This document shows positions 43,330 to 58,200 of a DNA stretch of 64,000 bases, piece after piece. Position numbers and translations under genes: made by a program. Origin of the DNA: the human T2T-CHM13v2.0 reference genome, Homo sapiens; NCBI RefSeq assembly GCF_009914755.1, contig NC_060933.1; one strand, 5' to 3'. Numbering within the stretch: the first letter of the stretch is position 1; the number at the start of each line of letters is the position of its first letter. The notes under the pieces are model-generated. The model was not told the DNA's origin, did not search any database, and saw only the letters and a program-made list of their open reading frames with translations.

Positions 43330-46300
43330 CCATTAGACTCCATTCCATGCCATTCCACTCGGTTTTATTCCATTCGTTTCCATTCCATTCGGGTTGAATC
43401 TATTGCATTCCATTCCATTCGATTCCATTACATTGCACTCGTGTTGTTTCCATTCCATTCCATTCCATTCCATTCCATTCCATTCCATGCCATTCCACTC
43501 GGGTTGATTTCATTCCATTCCGTTCCATTCGAGTCGAACCCATTCCATTCCATTCCATTCCATTCCATTCCATTCCAATCCATTGCACACGGGTTCATTC
43601 CATTCCATTCCATTCCATTCCATTCCATTCCATTTCGTTCCATTCCATTCTATTCGGTACCATTCCATTCCATTCCATTCGGTACCATTCCATTCCATTC
43701 CATTCCAATCCATTCCATTCCATGCCATTCCACTTGGGTTGATTCCCTTCCTTTCCATTCCATTCGGGTTGAATCCATTCCATTTCATTCCATTCCATTC
43801 CATTCCATTCCATTCCATTCCATTCCTTTCAATTCCATTGCACACGGGTTGGTTCCATTCCATTCCTTTCCGTTCCATTCCGGATGACTCCATTCCATTG
43901 CATTCCATTCCATTCCATTCCCCTGCACTCGGGTTCATTACCTTCCGTTCCATTTACTTCCATTCCATTCCATTCCATTCTATTCGGGTTAATTCCATTC
44001 CATTCCATTCCATTCCATTCCATTCCATTCCATTCCTTTCCATTCCATTCCATTGCAATCGAGTTGATTCCATTCCATTCCATTCAATTCCGGATGATTC
44101 CATTCCATTGCCTTCAATTCCATTCCATTCCCCTGCACTCGGGTTTCCATTCCATTCCATTCCATTCCACTCCATTCCATTCCATTTCATTCCATTCCAT
44201 TTCGTTCCTTTCCATTCTATTCCGTACCATTCCATTCCATTCCATTCCATTCCATTCCATTCCATTCCATGCCATTCCACTCGGGTTGATTCCATTCCTT
44301 TCCATTCCATTCGAGTTGAATCCATTCCAATCCATTCCATTCCATTCGATTCCATTCCATTGCACACGGGTTCATTCCATTCCATTCCATTCCATTCCAT
44401 TCCATTCCATTCCATTTCGTTCCATTCCATTATATTCCGTACCATTCCATTCCATTCCATTCCATTCCATTCCACTCCACTCCATGCCATTCCACTCGGG
44501 TTTATTCCATTCCTTTCCATTCCATTCGGGTTGAATCCATTCCATTCCATTCCATTCCATTCGATTCCATTACATTGCATTCGGGTTGATTCCATTCCAT
44601 TCCATTCCATTCCATTCCATTCCATTCCATGCCATTCCACGCTGGTTTATTCCATTCCTTTCCATTCCATTCGTGTTGAATCCATTCCATTCCATTCCAT
44701 TCCATTCGATTCCATTACACTGCACTCGGGTTGATTCCATTCCATTCCTTTCCATTCCATTTCATTCCATTCCATTCCATTCCATTCCATTCCATTCCAT
44801 TCCATTCCATGCCATTCCACTCGTGTTGATTCCATTCCTTTGCATTCCATTCGTGTTGAACCCATTCCATTCCGTTCCATTCCATTGCACACGGGTTCAT
44901 TCCATTCCATTCCATTCCATTCCATTCCGTTCCATTCCATTCCATTCCATTCCATTCCATTCCATTTCGTTCCATTCCATTCTATTCTGTACCATTCCAT
45001 TCCATTCCATTCCACTCCATTCCATGCCATTCCACTCGGGTTTATTCCATTCCTTTTCATTCCCTTTGGGTTGAATCCATTCCATTCCATTCCATTCCTT
45101 TCGATTCCATTATATTGCACACGGGTTGATTCCATTCCATTCCATTCCGTTCCATTCAGGATGACTCCATTCCATTACATTCCATTCCATTCCATTCCCC
45201 TGCACTCGGGTTCATTACATTCCATTCCATTCCCATCCACTCCATTCCATTCCATTCCATTCCATTTCAATCGAGTTGATTCCATTCCATTCCATTCCAT
45301 TCCATTCAATTCCGGATGATTCCATTCCATTGCCTTCCATTCCACTCCATTCCCCTGAACTCGGGTTGATTCCATTCCATTCCATTCCATTCCATTCCAT
45401 TCCATTCCATTCCATTCCATTCCATTTCGTTCCATTCAATTCTATTCCGTACCATTCCATTCCATTCCATTCCATTCCATTCCATTCCATTTCCTTCCAT
45501 TCCATTCCATTCCATTCCATTCCATTCCATTCCATTCCATTCTATTAGGGTTAATTCCATTCCATTCCATTCCATTTCATGCCATTCCACTCGGGTTGAT
45601 TCCATTCCATTCCATTCCATTCCATTCCATTCCATTGCACACGGGTTCATTTCATTCCATTCCATTCCATTCCATTTCGTTCCATTCCATTCTATTCCAT
45701 ACCATTCCATTCCATTCCATTCCATTAGACTCCATTCCATGCCATTCCACTCGGTTTTATTCCATTCGTTTCCATTCCATTCGGGTTGAATCCATTGCAT
45801 TCTATTCCATTCAATTCCATTACATTGCACTCGTGTTGTTTCCATTCCATTCCATTCCATTCCATTCCATTCCATTCCATGCCATTCCACTCGGGTTGAT
45901 TTCATTCCATTCCGTTCCATTCGAGTCGAACCCATTCCATTCCATTCCATTCCATTCCATTCCATTCCAATCCATTGCACACGGGTTCATTCCATTCCAT
46001 TCCATTCCATTCCATTCCATTTCGTTCCATTCCATTCTATTCGGTACCATTCCATTCCATTCCATTCGGTACCATTCCATTCCATTCCATTCCATTCCAA
46101 TCCATTCCATTCCATGCCATTCCACTTGGGTTGATTCCCTTCCTTTCCATTCCATTCGGGTTGAATCCATTCCATTCCATTCCATTCCATTCCATTCCAT
46201 TCCATTCCATTCCATTCCTTTCAATTCCATTGCACACGGGTTGGTTCCATTCCATTCCTTTCCGTTCCATTGCGGATGACTCCATTCCATTGCATTCCAT

Positions 46301-46620
46301 TCCATTCCATTCCCCTGCACTCGGGTTCATTACCTTCCGTTCCATTTACTTCCATTCCATTCCATTCCATTCTATTCGGGTTAATTCCATTCCATTCCAT
46401 TCCATTGCAATCGAGTTGATTCCATTCCATTCCATTCAATTCCGGATGATTCCATTCCATTGCCTTCAATTCCATTCCATTCCCCTGCACTCGGGTTGAT
46501 TCCATTCCATTCCATTCCATTCCACTCCATTCCATTCCATTTCATTCCATTCCATTTCGTTCCTTTCCATTCTATTCCGTACCATTCCATTCCATTCCAT
46601 TCCATTCCATTCCATTCCAT
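43330..46620 (-). repeat. ~2.39 kb-period tandem duplication (about 1.4 units)
   Basis: CATTAGACTC at 43331 and 45723; GAGTCGAACC at 43531 and 45923; CTTTCAATTCC..GGGTTGGTTCC at ~43826 and ~46218. All offsets are 2392. Confidence 0.8.
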
Positions 46621-46629
46621 TCCATTCCA

Positions 46630-48830
46630 TTCCATTTCTTTCCATTCCATTCTATTCCTTACCATTCCATTCCATTCCATTCCATTCCATGCCATTCCAC
46701 TCGGGTTTATTCCATTCCTTTCCATTCCATTCGGGTTGAATCCATTCCTTTCCATTCCATTCCGTTCAATTCCATTCCATTGCACTCGGGTTGATTCCAT
46801 TCCATTCCATGCCATTCCATTTCATTCCGTTCCATTCCATTCCATTACATTCGGATTGATTCTTTTCAATTCCCTTACACTCCATTACATTCCATTCCAT
46901 TCGGGTAGTTTCCGTTCCATTCCATTCCATTCCACTCCATTGCTTTGCACTCGGGTTCATTGATTCCATTCCATTGCATTCCATTCCATTCCATTCCATT
47001 CCGGATGAATCCATTCCATTGCATTCCATTCCATTCCATTCCCCTGCACTCGGGTTGATTCCATTCCATTCCATTCCATTCCATTCCGTTCCATTCCATT
47101 CCATTCCATTCCATTCTGTTCAGGTTAATTCCATTCCATTCCATTCCATTCCATTCCATTCCATTCCATTCCATTCCATTCCATTCCATTGCAATCGAGT
47201 TGTTTCCATTGCATTCCATTCCATTCCATTCCATTGCATTCCATTGCATTCCATTTCCCTGCACTCAGGTTGATTCCATTCCATTCCATTCCATTCCATT
47301 CCATTCCATTCCATTCTATTCGCGTTAATTCCATTCCATTCCATTCCATTACATTCCATTGCAATCGACTTGATTCCATTCCATTCCATTCCATTCCATT
47401 CCATTCCATTCAAGTCCTTTCCATTCCATTCCACTCGTGTTTATTCCATTTTATTAGTTTCCATTCCAATCCTTTCCCTTCCATTCCACTCTGGTTGATT
47501 CCATTCCTTTCCTTTCCACTCGAATTCATTCCCTTCTATTCCACTCGGAATGATTCCATTCCATTCCGTTCCATTCCATTCCATTCGATTCCATTTCCTA
47601 CCATTGCATTCTATTCCGTACCATTCCATTCCATTGCATTCCATGCCATTCCACTCTGGTTGATTCCATTGCTTTCCATTCCATTTGGGTTGAATCCATT
47701 CCATTCCATTCCATTCCATTCCATTCCGTTCCATTCAGTTCCATTACATTCGGATTGATTCTTTTTAATTCCCTCAGACTCCATTACATTCCATTCCATT
47801 CGGGTACTTTCCATTCCATTCCATTCCACTGCATTATATTGCACTCGGGTTTATTGATTCTATTCCATTGCATTCCATTCCATTCCATTCCATTCCGGAT
47901 GATTCCATTCCATTGCATTCCATTCTATTCCATTCCCCTGCACTCGGGTTGATTCCATTCCATTCCATTCCATTCCATTCCATTCCGTTCCGTTCCATTC
48001 CATTCCATTCCATTCTGTTCAGGTTAATTCCATTCCATTCCATTCCCTTCCATTCCATTCCATTCCATTCCATTGCAATCGAATTGATTCCATTGCATTC
48101 CATTTCATTCCATTCCATTGCATTCCATTCCATTCCTATCCCCTGCAGTCAGGTTGATTCCATTCCATTCCATTCCATTCGATTCCATTCTATTCCATTC
48201 CATTCTATTCGCGGTAATTCCATTCCATTCCATTCTATTACCTTCCATTGCAATCGAGTTGATTCCATTCCATTCCGTTCCTTTCCATTCCATTCCATTC
48301 AAGTCCTTTCCATTCCATTCCAGTCGTGTTGATTCCATTTTATTAGTTTCCATTCCATTCCATTCCCTTCCATTCCACTCTGGTTGATTCCATTCCTTTC
48401 CATTCCACTCGAATACATTCCCTTCTATTCCACTCGGAATGATTCCATTCCATTCCGTTCCATTCCATTCCATTCCATTCCATTTCTTTCCATTCCATTC
48501 TATTCCGTACCATTCCATTCCATTCCATTCCATTCCATTCCATTGCATTCCATTCCATTCCATTCCATGCCATTCCACTCGGGTTGTTTCCATTGCTTTC
48601 CATTCCATTTGGGTTGAATCCATTCCATTCCATTCCATTCCATTCCATTCCATTCCATTCAATTGCACTAGGTTTGATTCCATTCCACTGCATTCCATTC
48701 CATTCCATTCCATTCCATTCCATTCCATTCCATTCCATTCCACTCCATTCCATTCCATTCCCCCGCACTCGGGTTCATTCCATTCCATTGCATTTACTTC
48801 CATTCCATTCCATTCCATTCCATTCCATTC
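46630..48830 (-). repeat. ~2.2 kb block duplicated at ~61070-63370 (offset ~14.4-14.55 kb)
   Basis: Rare variants TGCTTTGCACTCGGGTTCATTGA (46941/61379), CCCTCAGACT (47771/62309), GCATTATATT, CCTATCCCCTGC, GCGGTAATT and CCCCGCACTC (48761/63304). Confidence 0.85.
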
Positions 48831-50279
48831 CATTCCATTCCATTAGACTCCATTCCATGCCATTCCACTCGGTTTTATTCCATTCGTTTCCATTCCATTC
48901 GGGTTGAATCCATTGCATTCCATTCCATTCGATTCCATTACATTGCACTCGTGTTGTTTCCATTCCATTCCATTCCATTCCATTCCATTCCATTCCATTC
49001 CATGCCATTCCACTCGGGTTGATTTCATTCCATTCCGTTCCATTCGAGTCGAACCCATTCCATTCCATTCCATTCCATTCCATTCCAATCCATTGCACAC
49101 GGGTTCATTCCATTCCATTCCATTCCATTCCATTCCATTTCGTTCCATTCCATTCTATTCGGTACCATTCCATTCCATTCCATTCGGTACCATTCCATTC
49201 CATTCCATTCCAATCCATTCCATTCCATGCCATTCCACTTGGGTTGATTCCCTTCCTTTCCATTCCATTCGGGTTGAATCCATTCCATTCCATTCCATTC
49301 CATTCCATTCCATTCCATTCCATTCCATTCCTTTCAATTCCATTGCACACGGGTTGGTTCCATTCCATTCCTTTCCGTTCCATTCCGGATGACTCCATTC
49401 CATTGCATTCCATTCCATTCCATTCCCCTGCACTCGGGTTCATTACCTTCCATTCCATTTACTTCCATTCCATTCCATTCCATTCTATTCGGGTTAATTC
49501 CATTCCATTCCATTCCATTCCATTCCATTCCATTCCATTCCATTCCATTCCATTCCATTCCATTGCAATCGAGTTGATTCCATTCCATTCCATTCAATTC
49601 CGGATAATTCCATTCCATTGCCTTCAATTCCATTCCATTCCCCTGCACTCGGGTTGATTCCATTCCATTCCATTCCATTCCATTCCATTCCATTCCATTC
49701 CATTTCATTCCATTCCATTTCGTTCCATTCCATTCCATTCCATTCCATTCCATTCCATTCCATGCCATTCCACTCGTGTTGATTCCATTCCTTTGCATTC
49801 CATTCGTGTTGAACCCATTCCATTCCATTCCATTCCATTGCACACGGGTTCATTCCATTCCATTCCATTCCATTCCATTCCATTCCATTCCATTCCGTTC
49901 CATTCCATTCCATTCCATTCCATTCCATTCCATTTCGTTCCATTCCATTCTATTCTGTACCATTCCATTCCATTCCATTCCACTCGATTCCATGCCACTC
50001 CACTCGGGTTTATTCCATTCCTTTTCATTCCATTTGTGTTGAATCCATTCCATTCCATTCCATTCCTTTTGATTCCATTATATTGCACACGGGTTGATTC
50101 CATTCCATTCCATTCCGTTCCATTCAGGAGGACTCCATTCCATTGCATTCCATTCCCTTTCCATTCCCCTGCACTCGGGTTCATTACATTCCATTCCATT
50201 CCCATCCACTCCATTCCATTCCATTCCATTCCATTTCAATCGAGTTGATTCCATTCCATTCCATTCCATTCCATTCAAT

Positions 50280-53200
50280 TCCGGATGATTCCATTCCATT
50301 GCCTTCCATTCCACTCCATTCCCCTGCACTCGGGTTGATTCCATTCCATTCCATTCCATTCCATTCCATTCCATTCCATTCCATTCCATTTCGTTCCAGT
50401 CCACTCTATTCCGTACCATTCCATTCCATTCCTTTCCATTCCAATCCATGCTATTCCACTCGGGTTGATTCCATTCCTTTCCATTCCATTCGAGTTGAAT
50501 CCATTCCATTCCATTCCATTCCATTCGATTCCATTCCATTGCACACGGGTTCATTTCATTTCATTCCATTCCATTCCATTCCATTCCATTTAGTTCCATT
50601 CCATTCTATTCCATACCATTCCATTCCATTCCATTCCATTCCACTCCATTCCATGCTATTGCTCTCGGGTTTATTCCATTCCTTTCCATTCCATTCGGAT
50701 TGAATCCATTCCTTTCCATTCAATTCCATTCCACTCGATTCCATTACATTGCACTCGTGTTGTTTCCATTCCATTCCATTCCATTCCATTTCATTCTATT
50801 CCATTCCATTCCATTCCATTCCATTCCATTCCATTCCATGCCATTCCACTCGGGTTGATTCCATTCCTTTCCATTCCATTCGAGTTGAAACCATTCCATT
50901 CCATTCCATTCTATTCCATTCCATTCCAATCCATTGCACACGAGTTCATTCCATTCCATTCCATTCCATTCCATTCCATTCCATTCCATTTCGTTCCATT
51001 CCATTCTATTCCGTACCATTCCATTCCATTCGATTCCATTCCATTCCATTCCATTCCATGCCATTCCACTCGGTTTTTTCCATTCCTTTCCATTCCATTC
51101 GGGTTGAATCCATTCCTTTCCATTCCATTCCGTTCAATTCCATTCCATTGCACTCGGGTTGATTCCATTCCATTCCATGCCATTCCATTTCATTCCGTTC
51201 CATTCCATTCCATTACATTCGGATAGATTCTTTTCAATTCCCTTACACTCCATTACATTCCATTCCATTCGGGTAGTTTCCGTTCCATTCCATTCCATTC
51301 CACTCCATTGCATTGCACTCGGGTTGATAGATTCCATTCCATTCCATTCCATTCCATTCCATTCCATTCCGGATGAATCCATTCCATTGCATTCCATTCC
51401 ATTCCATTCCCCTGCACTCGGGTTGATTCCATTCCATTGCATTCCATTCCATTCCGTTCCATTCCATTCCATTCCATTCCATTCTGTTCAGGTTAATTCC
51501 ATTCCATTCCATTCCATTCCATTCCATTGCAATCGAGTTGTTTCCATTGCATTCCATTCCATTCCATTCCATTGCATTCCATTGCATTCCATTCCCATGC
51601 ACTCAGGTTGATTCCATTCCATTCCATTCCATTCCATTCCATTCCATTCCATTCCATTCCGGATGATTCCATTCCATTGCCTTCCATTCCACTCCATTCC
51701 CCTGCACTCGGGTTGATTCCATTCCATTCCATTCCATTCCATTCCATTCCATTCCATTCAATTGCACTAGGTTTGATTCCATTCCACTGCATTCCATTCC
51801 ATTCCATTCCATTCCACTCCATTCCATTCCATTCCATTCCATTCCATTCCATTTCATTCCAGTCCACTCTATTCCGTACCATTCCATTCCATTCCTTTCC
51901 ATTCCAATCCATGCTATTCCACTCGGGTTGATTCCATTCCTTTCCATTCCATTCGAGTTGAATCCATTGCATTCCATTCCATTCCATTCGATTCCATTCC
52001 ATTGCACACGGGTTCATTTCATTTCATTCCATTCCATTCCATTCCATTCCATTTAGTTCCATTCCATTCTATTCCATACCATTCCATTCCATTCCATTCC
52101 ATTCCACTCCATTCCATGCTATTGCTCTCGGGTTTATTCCATTCCTTTCCATTCCATTCGGATTGAATCCATTCCTTTCCATTCAATTCCATTCCACTCG
52201 ATTCCATTACATTGCACTCGTGTTGTTTCCATTCCATTCCATTCCATTCCATTTCATTCTATTCCATTCCATTCCATTCCATTCCATTCCATTCCATTCC
52301 ATGCCATTCCACTCGGGTTGATTCCATTCCTTTCCATTCCATTCGAGTTGAAACCATTCCATTCCATTCCATTCTATTCCATTCCATTCCAATCCATTGC
52401 ACACGAGTTCATTCCATTCCATTCCATTCCATTCCATTCCATTCCATTCCATTTCGTTCCATTCCATTCTATTCCGTACCATTCCATTCCATTCGATTCC
52501 ATTCCATTCCATTCCATTCCATGCCATTCCACTCGGTTTTTTCCATTCCTTTCCATTCCATTCAGGTTGAATCCATTCCTTTCCATTCCATTCCGTTCAA
52601 TTCCATTCCATTGCACTCGGGTTGATTCCATTCCATTCCATGCCATTCCATTTCATTCCGTTCCATTCCATTCCATTACATTCGGATTGATTCTTTTCAA
52701 TTCCCTTACACTCCATTACATTCCATTCCATTCGGGTAGTTTCCGTTCCATTCCATTCCATTCCACTCCATTGCATTGCACTCGGGTTGATAGATTCCAT
52801 TCCATTCCATTCCATTCCATTCCATTCCATTCCATTCCATTCCATTCCATTCCGGATGAATCCATTCCATTGCATTCCATTGCATTCCATTCCCCTGCAC
52901 TCGGGTTGATTCCATTCCATTCCATTCCATTCCATTCCGTTCCATTCCATTCTATTCCATTCCATTCTGTTCAGGTTAATTCCATTCCATTCCATTCCAT
53001 TCCATTCCATTCCATTCCATTCCATTCCATTCCATTGCAATCGAGTTGTTTCCATTGCATTCCATTCCCTTCCATTCCATTGCATTCCATTGCATTCCAT
53101 TCCCCTGCACTCAGGTTGATTCCATTCCATTCCATTCCATTCCATTCCATTCCATTCCGGATGATTCCATTCCATTGCCTTCCATTCCACTCCATTCCCC

Positions 53201-54060
53201 TGCACTCGGGTGGATTCCATTCCATTCCATTCCATTCCATTCCATTCCATTCCATTCCATTCCATTTCATTCCATTCCACTCTATTCCGTACCATTCCAT
53301 TCCATTCCTTTCCATTCCAATCCATGCTATTCCACTCGGGTTGATTCCATTCCTTTCCATTCCATTCGAGTTGAATCCATTCCATTCCATTCCATTCCAT
53401 TCGATTCCATTCCATTGCACACGTGTTCATTCCATTCCATTCCATTCCATTCCATTCCATTCCATTCCATTCCATTCCATTTATTTCCATTCCATTCTAT
53501 TCCATACCATTCCATTCCATTCCATTCCATTCCACTCCATTCCATGCTATTCCTCTCGGGTTTATTCCATTCCTTTCCATTCCATTCGGGTTGAATCCAT
53601 TCCATTCCATTCAATTCCATTCAACTCGATTCCATTACATTGCACTCGTGTTGTTTCCATTCCATTCCATTCCATTCCATTTCATTCTATTCCATTCCAT
53701 TCCATTCCATTCCATTCCATTCCATTCCATTCCATGCCATTCCACTCGGGTTGATTCCATTCCTTTCCATTCCATTCGAGTTGAAACCATTCCATTCCAT
53801 TCCATTCCATTCCATTCCATTCCAATCCATTGCACACGGGTTCATTCCATTGCATTCCATTCCATTCCATTCCATTCCATTCCATTCCATTCCATTCCAT
53901 TCCATTTCTTTCCATTCCATTCTATTCCTTACCATTCCATTCCATTCCATTCCATTCCATGCCATTCCACTCGGGTTTATTCCATTCCTTTCCATTCCAT
54001 TCGGGTTGAATCCATTCCTTTCCATTCCATTCCGTTCAATTCCATTCCATTGCACTCGGG
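50280..54060 (-). repeat. ~1.46 kb-period tandem duplication (about 2.5 units)
   Basis: TTAGTTCC at 50591 / 52054 and CGGTTTTTTCC at 51071 / 52534. Identical ORFs 50556/52019 and 50744/52207 (offset 1463). A third partial unit starts at ~53157. Confidence 0.82.
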
Positions 54061-55259
54061 TTGATTCCATTCCATTCCATTCCATTACATTTCATTCCAT
54101 TCCATTCCATTCCATTTCATTCAATTCCATTCCATTCACTGCCATTCCATTCGTGTTTATTCCATTCCTTTCCATTCCATTCGAGTTGAACCCATTCCAG
54201 TCCATTCCATTCCATTCCATTCCATTCCGTTCCATTCCATTGCACACGGGTTCATTCCATTCCATTCCATTCCATTACATTACATTCCATTACATTACAT
54301 TCCATTTCGTTCCTTTCAATTCTATTCCGTTCCATTCCATTCCATTCCCTTCCATTCCACTCTGGTTGATTCCATTCCTTTCCATTCCACTCGAATACAT
54401 TCCCTTCTATTCCACTCGGAATGATTCCATTCCATTCCGTTCCATTCCATTCCATTCCATTCCATTTCTTTCCATTCCATTCTATTCCGTACCATTCCAT
54501 TCCATTCCATTCCATTCCATTCCATTCCATTCCATTCCATGCCATTCCACTCGGGTTGTTTCCATTGCTTTCCATTCCATTTGGGTTGAATCCATTCCAT
54601 TCCATTCCATTCCATTACATTCCATTCAATTGCACTAGGTTTGATTCCATTCCACTGCATTCCATTCCATTCCATTCCATTCCATTCCACTCCATTCCAT
54701 TCCATTCCCCTGCACTCGGGTTCATTCCATTCCATTGCATTTACTTCCATTCCATTCCATTCCATTCCATTCCATTCCATTCCATTAGACTCCATTCCAT
54801 GCCATTCCACTCGGTTTTATTCCATTCGTTTCCATTCCATTCGGGTTGAATCCATTGCATTCCATTCCATTCGATTCCATTACATTGCACTCGTGTTGTT
54901 TCCATTCCGTTCCATTCCATTCCATTCCATTCCATGGCATTCCACTCGGGTTGATTTCATTCCATTCCGTTCCATTCGAGTCGAACCCATTCCATTCCAT
55001 TCCATTCCATTCCATTCCATTCCAATCCATTGCACACGGGTTCATTCCATTCCACTCCATTCCATTCCATTCCATTTCGTTCCATTCCATTCTATTCGGT
55101 ACCATTCCATTCCATTCCATTCGGTACCATTCCATTCCATTCCATTCCAATCCATTCCATTCCATGCCATTCCACTTGGGTTGATTCCCTTCCTTTCCAT
55201 TCCATTCGGGTTGAATCCATTCCATTCCATTCCATTCCATTCCATTCCATTCCATTCCA

Positions 55260-58200
55260 TTCCTTTCAATTCCATTGCACACGGGTTGGTTCCATTCCAT
55301 TCCTTTCCGTTCCATTCCGGATGACTCCATTCCATTGCATTCCATTCCATTCCATTCCCCTGCACTCGGGTTCATTACCTTCCATTCCATTTACTTCCAT
55401 TCCATTCCATTCCATTCTATTCGGGTTAATTCCATTCCATTCCATTCCCTTCCATTCCATTCCATTCCATTCCATTCCATTCCATTCCATTCCATTCCAT
55501 TGCTATCGAGTTGATTCCATTCCATTCCATTCAATTCCGGATGATTCCATTCCATTGCCTTCAATTCCATTCCATTCCCCTGCACTCGGGTTGATTCCAT
55601 TCCATTCCATTCCATTCCATTCCATTCCATTCCATTCCATTCCATTCCATTTCATTCCATTCCATTTCGTTCCTTTCCATTCTATTCCGTACCATTCCAT
55701 TCCATTCCATTCCATTCCATTCCATTCCATTCCATTCCATGCCATTCCACTCGGGTTGATTCCATTCCTTTCCATTCCATTCGAGTTGAATCCATTCCAA
55801 TCCATTCCATTCCATTCGATTCCATTCCATTGCACACGGGTTCATTCCATTCCATTCCATTCCATTCCATTCCATTCCATTCCATTTCGTTCCATTCCAT
55901 TATATTCCGTACCATTCCATTCCATTCCATTCCATTCCATTCCACTCCACTCCATGCCATTCCACTCGGGTTTATTCCATTCCTTTCCATTCCATTCGGG
56001 TTGAATCCATTCCATTCCATTCCATTCCATTCCATTACATTACATTGCCCTCGGGTTGATTCCGTTCCATTCCATTCCATTCCATTCCACTCCATTCCAT
56101 GCCATTCCACGCGGGTTTATTCCATTCCTTTCCATTCCATTCGTGTTGAATCCATTCCATTCCATTCCATTCCATTCGATTCCATTACACTGCACTCGGG
56201 TTGATTCCATTCCATTCCATTCCATTCCATTTCATTCCATTCCATTCCATTCCATTCCATTCCATTCCATTCCATGCCATTCCACTCGTGTTGATTCCAT
56301 TCCTTTGCATTCCATTCGTGTTGAACCCATTCCATTCCATTCCATTCCATTGCACACGGGTTCATTCCATTCCATTCCATTCCATTCCATTCCATTCCGT
56401 TCCATTCCATTCCATTCCATTCCATTCCATTCCATTTCGTTCCATTCCATTCTATTCTGTACCATTCCATTCCATTCCATTCCACTCCATTCCATGCCAT
56501 TCCACTCGGGTTTATTCCATTCCTTTTCATTCCATTTGGGTTGAATCCATTCCATTCCATTCCATTCCTTTCGATTCCATTATATTGCACACGGGTTGAT
56601 TCCATTCCATTCCATTCCGTTCCATTCAGGATGACTCCATTCCATTGCATTCCATTCCATTCCATTCCCCTGCACTCGGGTTCATTACATTCCATTCCAT
56701 TCCCATCCACTCCATTCCATTCCATTCCATTCCATTTCAATCGAGTTGATTCCATTCCATTCCATTCCATTCCATTCAATTCCGGATGATTCCATTCCAT
56801 TGCCTTCCATTCCACTCCATTCCCCTGCACTCGGGTTGATTCCATTCCATTCCATTCCATTCCATTCCATTCCATTCCATTCCATTCCATTTCGTTCCAT
56901 TCCACTCTATTCCGTACCATTCCATTCCATTCCTTTCCGTTCCAATCCATGCTATTCCACTCGGGTTGATTCCATTCCTTTCCATTCCATTCGAGTTGAA
57001 TCCATTCCATTCCATTCCATTCCATTCGATTCCATTCCATTGCACACGGGTTCATTTCATTCCATTCCATTCCATTCCATTCCATTCCATTTAGTTCCAT
57101 TCCATTCTATTCCATACCATTCCATTCCATTCCATTCCATTCCACTCCATTCCATGCTATTCCTCTCGGGTTTATTCCATTCCTTTCCATTCCATTCGGA
57201 TTGAATCCATTCCTTTCCATTCAATTCCATTCCACTCGATTCCATTACATTGCACTCGTGTTGTTTCCATTCCATTCCATTCCATTCCATTTCATTCTAT
57301 TCCATTCCATTCCATTCCATTCCATTCCATTCCATTGCATTCCATGCCATTCCACTCGGGTTGATTCCATTCCTTTCCATTCCATTCGTGTTGAAACCAT
57401 TCCATTCCATTCCATTCCATTCTATTCCATTCCATTCCAATCCATTGCACACGGGTTCATTCCATTCCATTCCATTCCATTCCATTCCATTCCATTCCAT
57501 TCCATTCCATTTCGTTCCATTCCATTCTATTCCGTACCATTCCATTCCATTCGATTCCATTCCATTCCATTCCATTCCATTCCATTCCTTTCAATTCCAT
57601 TGCACACGGGTTGGTTCCATTCCATTCCTTTCCGTTCCATTCCGGATGACTCCATTCCATTGCATTCCATTCCATTCCATTCCCCTGCACTCGGGTTCAT
57701 TACCTTCCATTCCATTTACTTCCATTCCATTCCATTCCATTCTATTCGGGTTAATTCCATTCCATTCCATTCCATTCCATTCCATTCCATTCCATTGCAA
57801 TCGAGTTGATTCCATTCCATTCCATTCAATTCCGGATGATTCCATTCCATTGCCTTCAATTCCATTCCATTCCCCTGCACTCGGGTTGATTCCATTCCAT
57901 TCCATTCCATTCCATTCCATTCCATTCCATTCCATTTCATTCCATTCCATTTCGTTCCTTTCCATTCTATTCCGTACCATTCCATTCCATTCCATTCCAT
58001 TCCATTCCATTCCATTCCATTCCATTCCATGCCATTCCACTCGGGTTGATTCCATTCCTTTCCATTCCATTCGAGTTGAATCCATTCCAATCCATTCCAT
58101 TCCATTCGATTCCATTCCATTGCACACGGGTTCATTCCATTCCATTCCATTCCATTCCATTCCATTCCATTCCATTCTATTTCGTTCCATTCCATTATAT